A stretch of DNA of 64,000 bases, from NCBI GenBank assembly GCA_951406725.2, contig OX597823.1:43276001-43340000 (forward strand). Direction: 5' to 3'. The notes under the pieces were generated by a model that was not told where the DNA came from, made no database searches, and saw only the letters and a program-made list of their open reading frames with translations. The stretch is from Octopus vulgaris (taxonomy: Eukaryota). This document shows positions 12,667 through 25,100 of the stretch, piece after piece (position 1 is the first letter of the stretch; every line of letters starts with the position of its first letter). The position numbers were made by a program, and so were the translations under genes.

Positions 12667-12905
12667 TGATTGATTGATTCTAGTTTCAGCTTATGAGCTG
12701 TGGCCATGCTGGGGCACCGCCATTTGGTGTTGCTACTTGGTTTCACTTCATGAAGGCTTTCTAGCAACTGCTATTTGGTGCATGAGAGAGTTCGATGCAG
12801 CTGCCCTCGTCTGCCCCTCCTGCCGTGAAGTTGGTTCATCTGGGACACCTGACAGGAAGAGATCCAGCTTCATTTTAAAGACATCTGTATCCACCCCATG
12901 CAGGT
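12665..12905 (-). mobile_element. CR1-clade LINE 3' end
   Basis: Minus translation LHGVDTDVFKMKLDLFLSGVPDEPTSRQEGQTRAAASNSLMHQ*, 3' tail GCCCCAGCATGGCCACAGCTCATAAGCTGAAACTAG then (ATCA)n. Confidence 0.8.
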
Positions 12906-12929
12906 CTCTCTCTCTCTCTATATATATAT

Positions 12930-13829
12930 ATATGGTGAGGTGAATAAACTTTCGTCTAAATTACGCAAAAATGAAAATAACAATTTAACAGATATATTTT
13001 AACAGATATATTTACCAAAATCCCATTAAAATATCTTAAAATACTACAGAGTAAATTTATTCAATAAAATCACCATTGGCTTCAACTACGGTCTCCAGAC
13101 GACTTCGGAATCTCCTGCAACTCTTGTAGACGGTCTCCTTGCTTAAGTTGGTGAATGCTGCCATAATCCTTGCATTCAGCTTATATTTGGTACAAAGAGG
13201 TTTATTGGTCTCTCGCTCAACTGCGTCCCACACATAATAATCAAGGGATTTGCAGTCTAGGAAGTTAGCTGGCCAGATATTAGGGGTGGTGTGGTCGCAG
13301 AAATTGTTTGACAGCCATGACTGGGTTCTCCTGCTTGTATGGCAGAGTGCAGAGTCCTGTTGCTAGACGCATGGTCTTCCAGCAGCAAACCTTTTGACCC
13401 AGGGTAGCACTACCTCCTCCAGGCACTTGATGTAGGACTCCCTGTTGATTCTGAAGCCGTGTGGGAAGATGAATGTAAGCATAACGTCACCATCACTAGT
13501 GGTCTCTCCGAACACCATGATGTTGAATGGATGTTTGATTTTTATTATTCTCGTAACATATCCTCAGATTGCACTTTCCTCATATTGACACCCAAACACC
13601 CTGAAATGTCCGTATTGGAACTTCAGCCGCGAATGCCAATGCCAAGCAATACAGTATGTCGTTTCCAAATTTCTAGCAGAGTGGATTGTTTCATGGTGGT
13701 GTTTTTCTCACAGACGATGCGCCCAACCGACCCTACAATACTGTACATTCTTCAAAATCAAAAACAAACAACGCACATGCGCAAAATTAAGACTATGAAA
13801 TAGCGACAATTTACTCATCGCACCTTGTA
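12930..13829 (-). mobile_element. Internally deleted maT (DD37D) Tc1/mariner element with both TIRs
   Basis: Minus translation ...YIKCLEEVVLPWVKRFAAGRPCV*QQDSALCHTSRRTQSWLSNNFCDHTTPNIWPANFLDCKSLDYYVWDAVE...RLETVVEANGDFIE*; 37 residues between the last two Ds; degenerate TIRs tatggtgaggtgaataaactttcg / gcgacaatttactcatcgcaccttgta with TA flanks. Confidence 0.88.
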
Positions 13830-14020
13830 TGTATGTATGCATATATATATATACATATATACCAGACAAGGTAGAAAATACTAAAATAATTTTATCATGA
13901 AGAATATTTTATTACCGGTTCCAGTCAAGCATGAAAAACAATTAGATTGTGGAAAAATTAAATGAAATGTTTTAAAAAATATTTGTATAGTTTTCAAATG
14001 CGATGGACACTTTCCTTTTT

Positions 14021-14053
<33 letters not shown>

Positions 14054-14154
14054 TTTACTCATGTGGGATCATGGTAGCAGGTAGTAGTAGTCCCAACATT
14101 TGGTATGAGTTCTTGGCTTTGATTGTTTAAGCAACACTAGTAGCTGAGAAAGAA

Positions 14155-14245
14155 GGAGGAGAAGAAGAAGAAGAAGAAGAAGAAGAAGAAGAAGAGAAGA
14201 AGAAGAAGAAGAAGGAGAAGAAGAAAAAGAAGGAGAAGAAGTAGA
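14155..14245 (+). repeat. (GAA)n microsatellite
   Basis: Direct read. Confidence 0.9.
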
Positions 14246-14555
14246 GGGTGTAAGAAAAGAGGAGATAGAATAATAACAAAATGAACATATATATATGTAT
14301 AATTTAGGACAATTAGTAAGTTGCACATACTTGCATATGACAACACGCGCGCACACACACACACACATACACGCGCACACACACACAACACACATTAACT
14401 TCCAGTTGAGCGCGTGTGCGTAGTATTTATGTACGTGTTAATATATGTGCTACTTGTACATCATTAGAAAAGAAAATTAGAATCGAATACATAAACATAT
14501 ATATATATATCTACATATGTACATATATACACACACGCACACATACCACACTCAC

Positions 14556-14605
<50 letters not shown>

Positions 14606-14645
14606 TACATACATGCATATATATATATATACATACATGCATATG

Positions 14646-14677
<32 letters not shown>

Positions 14678-15208
14678 ATACATATGTGTGTGTGTATAAT
14701 GATCTAGACTTTTATTCGTATATGTCTTGTATGCCTGCACGAGCTGTAGATTTTCTTTTACATCTGGTTCTTTCTGACATTTGCTACAATTTAAAGACAC
14801 TGATTTTCTTTTGTGTTCCTCGTGATTCCAAGTCTATTTTCAACAATGAAGAATTGGTGTGTCGACGCAATCAACTTATGGTGTCCATTATGCACGTTTC
14901 ATAACATCTTTGCTATATACTTTTTTTTTATTTTGTCGGTGAAAATATATACATAATAATAAAGGATTGTCCAAGACGTGAATTAAAACTAAACTTATTT
15001 CAGAATGTATTCAATAACCAGTAAGTGAAATTGAATGAATTTCATCGACTTTGCTAACAAACTTTGATTCTGTACGAAGTTTCAGAATTCGTTGAAAAGG
15101 GCCATAACATAATATATAAATATATATAAACACACGCACACGCACATACACATATATATATATACATATATATAAACACACGCACACGCACATAAATATA
15201 TGTATATA

Positions 15209-15277
<69 letters not shown>

Positions 15278-16689
15278 GTATATATATATATATGTATGTA
15301 TATATATATATGTATATATATATGTATGTATATTTGTATGTATGTATATATGTATGTGTGTGTATATATGTAGATATATGAATGTATGTGTGTGCATGTG
15401 TAGGTATGTATGTAAGTAAGTAGCTAAGTAGGTAGGTATGAAGGTAGGTAGGTAGGTAGGTAGGTAGGTAGGTAGGTAGGTAGGTCTGAGACCAAATATA
15501 TATGCATGTACACAATAGCAGCCTAATACACTTATAGGTGCAGATACATTTATATGTGTACACTCACACATACATGAACACAGATACATATATATATATA
15601 TTCATGAGTGAATGCATGATGTATGTATATGCATGTATATATATATATACAGATGTTTGTAAATATATACATATATAGATAGATATATAGATATATATAT
15701 ATAGATAGATAGATAGATATAGATATACATATATAGACACACAGATACACACATATATATATATATATATATGTGTGTGTGTATCTATGTATTTATGTAT
15801 GTGTGCGTGTTATACATAAGTATGTATAGATACATACATGCACACATTTATGTATATATACATATATTTATACATGCACACATATATATACATATATATG
15901 TATATACGCATACATACATATGTGTGTGTGTGGGGGTGTAAATATATGTATATATATGCAAGCAGATGTTTCTGTGCACTTAAAGTAGTTTCATGCACAT
16001 ATATATTAGACGTTAAATTTTTATTCCATACCACGAACGCACTCTCGTACACACACACACGCTTTCACACAAACACACGCGCACGCACACACACACATAT
16101 ACATACACATACATATCAATGCATATATACACATACACACACGTCACACACATGCATACATTGACACGGACATATACTGTAGCACTCGCAGACACACACA
16201 CACACACACATACTTTAACAATAACAAAACAATTCTTGCTGTTTTCATTTATTTCTGTGTAATCGACAAAAACAGCTACTAACTCACACATACACACAAG
16301 TGCATACGCACATACACACACACATTCTGCACACATATGCACACATACACATGCTCGAATGCACACACGTATACGCAAACTGATAAATGGTAAAGATTTT
16401 AAAATATTATGAGAAAAATATTTATTTATGACTGTGAGAAACTGATTGAAAGTATATTTCAAATGACAAAACGAGGTGAAAATTTTCGAAAATTATTGTT
16501 TAATCTCTGATAACTGCTTTATTTGAGAATCTACTTAATTGTAGCTATCTGTGAATTCCCCATGAAAACGCAAATTAACTGCAGTATTTTTCCGGAGATA
16601 ATTTCACTCATGGACACACAGCTTTCAAAGATGAAAATGATAGATGCGTATTTCTGTCTTTCTTGGTTTTGTCAGTAGTATGTACTCAC

Positions 16690-16701
16690 TATTAATGACA
16701 T
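16690..16701 (-). CDS. Candidate first coding exon (MSLI) for the His-rich/LAMP-like gene
   Basis: In-frame upstream TGA, GGC-ATG context, donor ATA|GTGAGTAC (phase 0); joined to 6574 gives MSLIVMWLLYSSGC, a short signal-peptide-like N-terminus. Confidence 0.2.
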
Positions 16702-17149
16702 GCCAACACTATATCCGTCGATACCGATACAGACAAACAGTGATTTAAAAAATCACCGATGTTGCAACTAGCCACCGGATTATATAAAAATCATTAAATA
16801 CAACGAAAGCAGAAGGGCGCACATTGCATGTAGCACTCCCTCAACCGCTGCTTCACAGCTTAGCCTCTTGTTTTTAAACTCACTACATCCATAAGAAATA
16901 TTGTCTCCAGACGAATACCGTAGTAAATTAGCCTTCCTGTGATGATTTCGTATTAAGTTTGATATGCTGTTGGTTATTCTAATCTGATACTGCTACTGTT
17001 ATACTTAATGGTCACCCTGTCCTGTCTGAAATCAATAAAAATAGTACAACAGTAGCATCCAAATATTTAGTAAGGTTTGTGGTTTTCTAAATGAACTCCT
17101 TTCATGGGTAATCTCTTTGCTAGTTTTCTATTATTATTTCAGCTGCTAT

Positions 17150-17545
17150 AGGGGTGAGCTTTTAGAAGTGTTGGAACGTCAGAAAAAATTCCTAGCAGAT
17201 CATCCGGCTTGATGTTCTGAATTCAAACGTCACTGAGTTCGACTTTCATCTCCTTTCGGGGTCATTAAAATAAAGTACCAATGATGTAGTGGACTCAATT
17301 TAGTCAACTAACCTCTCCTACCAAACATGCCATAACTTGAAATAATATTGTTGCTTCAAGAGCAACCTTGTTGGCTTCGTCGAGGTGAAGTTTTCGGTTC
17401 CATAAATTCTGAGTTGAAACCCTGCCGAACTCAAATTTACTTACTATCTTTTCAGTAACGAGAAAATAAGTGAAGTATTGGCGTTAATGATATGCACTAA
17501 CTCTCGCCATCAGAAATGTTGGCTTTTTGCTTAAATTAGGAACAA
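17150..17545 (+). mobile_element. Two old Nin/Deu SINE remnants
   Basis: ttctgaattcaaac...ctcctttcggggtcattaaaataaagtacc and ttctgagttgaaaccctgccg. Confidence 0.6.
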
Positions 17546-18090
17546 ATTATTATTGATATATTTTGAGTGTGGCTGTTTGGTCAAATAAACAAATCCGCAG
17601 GTCTTTCAATATATTAATAAAAAGCCACTTCTGAAGTGTGATTTTTCAAAAGAAAATACACCACGTGTTAGGATGCCCGACACAAGTTCCGACAAATTTT
17701 ATATGTAAACGTATTAATGTGACTGAACGTCTCTATATGTACCTAGCTACCAAATAACAAACCCTACAAAGAAACGCACTATGTTCATCTTATGAAATAG
17801 CATTAGGTGTCGAAGGAAATGCGAAAATAATTGCAGATTACAACTAAACAAACTGGGTCAGTGTACCGAAAAGTATCTTCACTCCTCCAATCCCACAAAT
17901 ACAAGAACAGAATATTGCATTCACCTCAGGAGCAGGGTGAAGCACCAGGCGCAGGTGTAGAAACCGGCAAAACGCTATAGAACAAAAACAGTGATATGCT
18001 AGGATGAGAAGAGAGTAGGAACAGTAGCGAAAATAGAAGGATCAGTAAAAAATAACAGGAGCATCAAAAGCAGTAGCAGAACCAGGAGGC

Positions 18091-18178
<88 letters not shown>

Positions 18179-18186
18179 TAGTAGTG

Positions 18187-18229
<43 letters not shown>
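18091..18229 (+). repeat. (TAG)n microsatellite
   Basis: Direct read; explains the poly-L and poly-T ORFs. Confidence 0.95.
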
Positions 18230-18447
18230 CAGTGTGCTCATAACGTACCATAGTAATTTAATTTGAGTGGAATAGAGAAGCTAACAAATGTCTGAAGTGA
18301 TGTTGATCGTCATCCATCACATCCTTAGATTGCTGTCTCCTTCATATTACTCCTACGAACAACACATTATCATTATTTTTATTATTATTATTATTAGTAT
18401 TATTATAATTATCATCATTATCATCACCATCATCATCATCATCATCA

Positions 18448-18505
<58 letters not shown>

Positions 18506-19169
18506 CCTTTCTTCTTCAAGGAAACCGTATTATTTTTGCGTGGTTTGTAATAAATTACAGTGAAAAGGTTCGACTTTAAAGATAATAATTATAACCTGTT
18601 GACACAAAAGTATCATGCAACCATAAATATTTTCGACAATTCCTTGTAATTGCTTAAGTTTCGCTCGTTAAAATACCTCACTTCATCTCACTGCACCAAT
18701 ACAATGTCAATCACCGCACAAACCATCGCCATTACCCAGCATTGCCTATCGTTATTAAGCTGTAATCAACTTGATGTCTTCGAAACAAATTGTTTCCATT
18801 CATATTTCATGAAACTCTAATTAATCAAGAAACACGGTGTATTTACGTTTATAATAACGTACAATAACTATTTCAGTCAGATGGTTGTTGGCAAATTCTA
18901 GACATTTATTACTCATACACACCTTTCGATGATATTTCATTAGGAAAGTAACACTGAACTCTAATTTTATTTTATTCTCTGTACTTCTCTCTCCTCCTCC
19001 TCCTCCCATTTTCTCCCAGTCACTTCCTTTCCTTCTCACTCTCTTCTCTGTCTGTCTTTGTCAAGCGTATTGTATATCTGTATATATGTTCTGGGAATGC
19101 AGAGTTTTACGCTGGCGCCCTCTCCACAGAGAGCAGAGTATACTAATAAATTGATTCATTAATACTCCT

Positions 19170-19213
<44 letters not shown>

Positions 19214-19395
19214 CTATATATATATAACAAAATATATATTGTAGAAATCGATCGATTGATAGTCAGATAGACAGACAGGAACAGAGAAAATGAGAGATTT
19301 AAGATGAACGTGTGTTCACTTCTTTCGTTTCTATTTATTAGTCTTGTTCGAAATTATGTATATATATATGTGTGTGTGTGTATAATATGTATATA

Positions 19396-19446
<51 letters not shown>

Positions 19447-19685
19447 AGGGAATGGTCGTTTATATCAACTGGTTGATTTATATCGAGAATTGCTCTATAC
19501 ACCTTAATGTTACCTTTTCGTAAATGTTTGGTCAACTGAGGAAAAAGTGTCATACATTTGTTCGACGTAAGATTTTCTTTCCTAAGGTATATTTTCTTCA
19601 TGTTTACAATGCAATTCATATAACACATCGATTGCCTGAACTACGTTCAGTGATTCGTACGTTTGTGACCAAATGTCAGTTAGGT

Positions 19686-19961
19686 ATTTATCGTGTCGTT
19701 TTTATAACATATTTTAACTGCTATAAGGCTATTAACTTTGATACACAGTATGCTGTGTTTTGTTAATTGTTTAATGACCTATCCCACTTTGTATGATTAG
19801 GGCTTTTCCATTTAGTACACCATCTGTTTGGTTTGTGTGCTTTCACTTAACTAATAATCAAGACCATGATTAAGTGTGTGGTTAAGAAGGTCGCTTTGAT
19901 TTCAGTTTCAGTCCCACTGTACCGCATACTGGGTAATTGAATTTCGTAGACTGAAAGCCCG

Positions 19962-20018
<57 letters not shown>

Positions 20019-20217
20019 TAACCACACACTTAATCATGGTCTTGATTATTAGTTAAGTGAAAGCACACAAACCAAACACAAGGTGTACTAAATAGAAAAG
20101 CCCTAATCATACAAAGCGGGATAGGTCATTAAACAATTAGCAAAACACAGCATACTGTGTATCAAAGTTAATAGCAATATAGCAGTTAAAATATGTTACA
20201 AAAACAACGCGATAAAT
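19686..20217. repeat. 200-bp inverted repeat around a (TA)n-containing spacer
   Basis: Arms 19686-19885 and 20018-20217 are reverse complements with scattered mismatches (above 90% identity by eye). Confidence 0.92.
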
Positions 20218-20651
20218 GACGCCACCCCGCTGGCTAAGCGAGCAGGCCAAAAGAGTGGGAGAAAGATTGGTGAAAGAGTACAGCAGGGATCACCACTCCC
20301 TGCCGGAGTCTCGTGGGGGCTTTTAGGTGTGTTCGCTCAATAAACACACACAACGCCCGGTCTAGTGATTAGGGCAGCGGACTCGCGGTCGCAGGATCGC
20401 GGTATCGATTCCCAGACCGGGCGTTGTGTGTGTTTATTGAGCGAAAACACCTAAAAGCTCCACGAGACTCCGGCAGGGGGTGGTGATCCCTGCTGTACTC
20501 TTTCACCACTCTTTCTACCACTCTTTCTTCTGTTGGCCTGCTCGCTTAGCCAGCGGGGTGGCGTCATTCGAAGGATAAAACAATGCGAACGCATTGTGAC
20601 CAGCGATGTGTAACAACATCTGATGGTCTGGTTGGTCACGTGATCACGTGA

Positions 20652-20652
<1 letters not shown>
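20215..20652 (+). mobile_element. OR-type SINE (20364-20652, +) preceded by an inverted partial copy (20215-20363)
   Basis: Head agggcagcggactcgcggtcgcaggatcgcggtatcgattccc; arms 20215-20363 and 20414-20568 are complementary. Confidence 0.88.
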
Positions 20653-20682
<30 letters not shown>

Positions 20683-21177
20683 ATATGTATATATGAATTT
20701 ATGTATTTATGTTAACGTATATGTATATACATGTATGTACACATATGTATGTGCGTGTGAGTACCCATATAGCAGCAGCAGTGCTATGCAGTGAGTAGGC
20801 ATAAGCGAATTTTAGGCGTAGAGATGCCATTTACACTCACAGCTTTCCTAGGCGGTATTCCAGGCGGTATCCCAGGCAGAATATTCTTGGTCACCAGAAG
20901 AGAGCTAACCCTGGGAAGAAACGCGCGTCATGGAATCCGATAGGGGGTAAATGCGAAGCAGATATAGTGTTTTTACATCTTTCACCACAAGAGAGAGTTT
21001 TTCTTCATGGTAACCACTGTGAGTTATCCTTTAGAAGTTAAGAGGTTAAAATAAGTCACAAACGCATTTTAACTAACTTAAAGTTCATGTATATATATAA
21101 GGAGAATTCACACAAAAAAAGACGAAGACAGGTGGTATAGATAACAAACAGATGTATATATATATGTATGTATGTAA

Positions 21178-21210
<33 letters not shown>

Positions 21211-21480
21211 GATAACACTGGGGAACAGGCTTTTTATCTGATATTGGAGACATGTTTCCTACTAACTCTGGGGTAATGATTTCAAAAATGAAATGCGTTT
21301 TGCTCTATCACGTTAAGATTTCAACAAACTCGGGAAAATATATATATTTATGTCCATACAGATATATGTCCAGACACACACATACACGCACACGCATGTA
21401 TATATAGAACTTCATAACACTTATCACAAATTTATTATTCAGATGTATCATCTATTTATTAATCATGTACATGCATATGA

Positions 21481-21698
21481 TTGATTGATTGATTCTAGTT
21501 TCAGCTCACGAGCTGTGGCCATGCTGGGCCACCGCCATTGTTGTGGTGAAAGAGTACAGCAGGGATCACCACCATCCCCTGCCGGAGTTTCGTGGAGCTT
21601 TAGGTGTTTTCGCTCAATAAACAATCACAACGCCCGGTCTGGGAATCGAAACCGTGATCCTACGACCGCGAGTCCGCTGCCCTAACCACTGGGCCATG
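21481..21698 (-). mobile_element. Chimeric SINE: OR-type tRNA/CORE head joined to a CR1 3' tail
   Basis: Head matches the 7217 SINE; tail 21481-21540 matches the CR1 end at 12670-12725. Confidence 0.8.
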
Positions 21699-22778
21699 TA
21701 TGTCTTTAGGTTCAAATTCTCTCAACCGTGCGATTACCCACTGCAGCCCCAGTGTGACCTTCAGCTGCAGTTCTATAGGGAATCAAAGTAACTCTTTATA
21801 AAACAGGTAATCCTCTCTAACTTTTCACTAGCTATGTCGTGAATCCCGCTTTCCTGACAACTTCGTTGCATACATGATGGGGAAGAGAAAATGAATCCAG
21901 GAGCGTTGAACAAGCACAGAAAATTAGCGGTGAGTTTATACTTTTAACACGGCTTAACTATAGTCGTTCATAGTGCAATGAATTAACAATGGATAGACAG
22001 ACTGGGAAAACAGCAATGAAAGAAGGAAGAGAAAAGGGAGTTAGGAATAATTTAGAAGAATGGTTCGATGCGTTGATGCATTAATAATAAGTGATACATT
22101 TTAAGCTCCGTTAACAGTAACATCGGCTTATTTATATAATTATATTTACTGTCACGGCTAATTTCTGGAACAGGGAGACGCCTGAAGTTATGAAGCACAC
22201 TCAATGTAAATTTATTGCTCAAATGCATATGTATATGTGTGTGTGTGCGCACTCATGTTTTATGTGTGTGTGTATGTGTGTGTACGATTTCTTAAATTTT
22301 AAAGTATTTGAAATTTTCCTGAAGGGAAGAAATTATTTTCTAACATATAGAAAGCTCTATCGCTGGAATGTATATCGCAAAAACAACGACGTATTTTGAA
22401 GTAGAGGTAAAACTTGCATATATTTACAGTTCTTGTTACAGACCGTATCTGTAGTATACGAGATAGCTGCGGGATCGTTACATTTTTCTTTCCTAAAGAC
22501 CCCTTTTGAGGATAACAACACTGTACGACCGGGGGTCGTACAGTGCCAGATGACGACATCGGAATACAACAATATCTGTCAGAGCGACAACTCGTACTAA
22601 GACAGACACAACAGTGGCAAAGACTGCTTTATAACAGTTGCGACGAGGATAAACCAACTAGAAGAGGGGCTAATAAACACACGAAGTTGGTGTACGAATT
22701 TTACGTAAAACCCTATAATTATGGAAAATTTACATTATTTACATTTGTCGGATATTTGTCCTTATCTTGTTTGTTGTT

Positions 22779-22824
22779 AACACAACGTTTCGGCTGATAT
22801 ACCTTCCAGCCTTCATCAGGTGTC
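22779..22824 (-). ncRNA. Minimal type-I hammerhead ribozyme motif (Penelope pLTR)
   Basis: GACAC-CUGAUGA-A-GGCUG..CAGCC-GAAAC-GUU-GUGUU. Confidence 0.75.
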
Positions 22825-22871
22825 TTGTGGAAATTTCGAACCTGCATTCTCATTCCTGAGGTACTTTTCGA

Positions 22872-22908
<37 letters not shown>

Positions 22909-22910
22909 CA

Positions 22911-22983
22911 GGTCACTGCCTGAAATCACACTTGGAATCTTGGCGTTAGTAGCCCGCGCTCTTAACCACTACGATATATGCCC
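22911..22983 (-). other. tRNA-derived segment inside the Penelope 3' region
   Basis: GGGCATATATCGTAGTGGTTAAGAGCGCGGG-CTACTAA-CGCCAAGATTCCAAGTGTGATTTCAGGCAGTGACC: A-box-like start, anticodon loop CT-ACT-AA, decayed B box. Confidence 0.6.
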
Positions 22984-23717
22984 GTGGGCAATTATGGAGT
23001 GAATTTTAGGGTTTATAAATCTAATATTTTTCTATCCTTCCTTAATACCGGTTCCCATATGCTAGTCATATTTGCACTCGGTCTGCTTAGGAGGTTGTTC
23101 TCTCCTAGCATATGTGCTGCTTCTTTTAGCTTTCGTATTTTCCAGTAGTGTTCTCTGTCTATTATTTTAACTTCATCCCACAAGGGGAGGTGGTCTCCAT
23201 TTTTCTATAGATGATCAGCTATACCCGATTTATCAATATCTCCTCGTGACACAGCTTTGCGATGTTCGTATACCCTTATTTTGAAAGGGTGGCATGTTTC
23301 GCCTTTGCATAACCTACCACAGCTGCATGGGATGGAGTACATGCAGTCTTTGGTCATTTTGTCTTCTATTGGTGGTTTACTCGAAGGAGATATTTGCGAA
23401 GTGTAGTATTGCTCTTGATGTCATATGGGCCGTATATCTTTTGCATCTTTTCGGAGAGGTCTTTCACATAGGCTAGACAGACTGTGGGCCGTTTATTGGT
23501 TTCATCCTCTCTTTTCTTCATAATTGGAGTGGAGAGTATGTTTTGGGGGGTAATTGTTGCTTAATAGATTGTTATTGAACTTGATCATTTCTTCGTTGTG
23601 TGTATCACGATCGCTACTTATATTCTTTGCTCGATGTTTTAGGCACTGAGCAATAAAAATAATAATAACATCGAAAAATACCTTAGGAATGAGAAACCAA
23701 ATACGAAATTTCTCCAA

Positions 23718-23763
23718 GACACCTGATGAAGGCTGAAGGATATATTAGCCGAAACGTTGTGTT
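23718..23763 (+). ncRNA. Minimal type-I hammerhead ribozyme motif (inverted pLTR copy)
   Basis: GACAC-CUGAUGA-A-GGCUGA..UUAGCC-GAAAC-GUU-GUGUU. Confidence 0.75.
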
Positions 23764-24029
23764 AACAACAAACAATATGAGGACAAATACCCGACAAGTA
23801 CATTATGTAAATAACGTACCTAATTCCTCATCTCTTAAATATAGAACTGTATTATGGAAAATGTGTTTGTTGGAGTTGCAAAAGCAGCAACAACAACAAC
23901 AACTGTAAGAACAACAGCAGCAGATACAACTGCAAGAGCAACAACAGAAGCAACAGCACTTAATATTACTTCAATAAATGTTGCAATTACTGTAGTAACC
24001 AGAAAATTCAGAAAAGGTATTCTCGCAAG

Positions 24030-25100
24030 ACTATGTTCTGAATTCAATAACAGAATTCAAATACGATCGTGACAAAGGTGGTACCTTCGAATCATACTAC
24101 AGAAGATATAAGCAAATCTTCGAGGAATAATGTAAAGATTGGGACGACGAGTTGAAAACTCGCTTAATCTTGAGAATACTGGCTCCAACAGAACATGAAT
24201 GATACAGTAAAGTTTAATGACACAATATCTAGTGTAAGATTTTCAGTGAAAAAAGCTCCTTGTTCAACACACGGTAGAAGTGTTTGAACATAGAGAAAAA
24301 TAGTAATGAGCACTATATTACATATGCTGGTTGAGTAAACAGGGAATGGGAGAAGTTTGAGCTGGAGGAATTAACACCAGATATATTCACATGCCTGATA
24401 TTTACACAGGGACTAACCGTCGGAAATGACGCAGAAGGCAGAACGAGAATTCTTGCAAAGCTGGAACAAAGCTTGGATGTAACCTTGCAAAAAGTGTCTC
24501 AAGAATGTGAAAGGATACTTAATTAAGACACGACACAAAGGAAATTAAGCGTAAAGATTGTTTCCAAGTAAAACCAGTGCAGAATAGTCTGAATAGAAAT
24601 AACGAGTTTGCTAAAAAAATACGACAAACATTAGTATTTAAACCCATGCTTTGCATGTGGTGATATGCACCTGAGAGAAAGTGTCCATTTAAAAAGTGGG
24701 GTGTTTTCTTTGTGGAAATATGAGATATATAAAGTTGCACAGCAGGACGAAGAGGATAAACGTCAGAACAATGAGAAAAAAAGGGAATAGTTTGTCATCG
24801 GAAAAAATGGGTAATACAATGAACAGACAATTTGTAAATGTGAAAATTAACAATAAAATTGTAAAACTGAAGTTCGACACAGGTAGCGACATAACTATTT
24901 TAAATGGAAAAGCGTGGAAATATGTCTATAAGCCGAAATTAATTAAATCTAAAAAGACGATATTGTATCGGTGAATGCACATTGTAACGTAAAATATCGA
25001 GGTCAATCGGAAAAAGGCTGAGGTATATGTATTAAAACATTCACTTAATATATTTAGCTCAGAGTGGATACAACTATTTCATTTATGGCAAAAACACCCA
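24030..25100 (+). mobile_element. Degraded Ty3/Gypsy gag-protease fragment
   Basis: ...FKYDRDKGGTFESYYRRYKQIFEE*CKDWDDELKTRLILR...FTCLIFTQGL...RTRILAKLEQ...; protease RQFVNVKINNKIVKLKFDTGSDITIL (DTG motif). Confidence 0.85.

Larger units (their letters stand above)
22730..23851 (-). mobile_element. 5'-truncated Penelope-like element: RT C-terminus plus GIY-YIG endonuclease, flanked by inverted pseudo-LTRs
   Basis: Minus translation QCLKHRAKNISSDRDTHNEEMIKFNNNLLSNNYPP...CLAYVKDLSEK...DCMYSIPCSCGRLCKGETCHPFKIRVYEHRKAV...SGIADHL*KNGDH...RKLKEAAHM...IWEPVL; pLTR copies at ~22735-22872 (-) and ~23668-23815 (+). Confidence 0.92.

Noticed and set aside
19108-19130. CTCF-like motif (minus strand AGAGGGCGCC)
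   Set aside because: Only the 3' half of the consensus matches.
22911-22983. Functional tRNA gene (also considered for the SINE heads at 1383, 7217, 20364 and 21698)
   Set aside because: Decayed T arm/B box or followed by SINE body; these are tRNA-derived, not genes.
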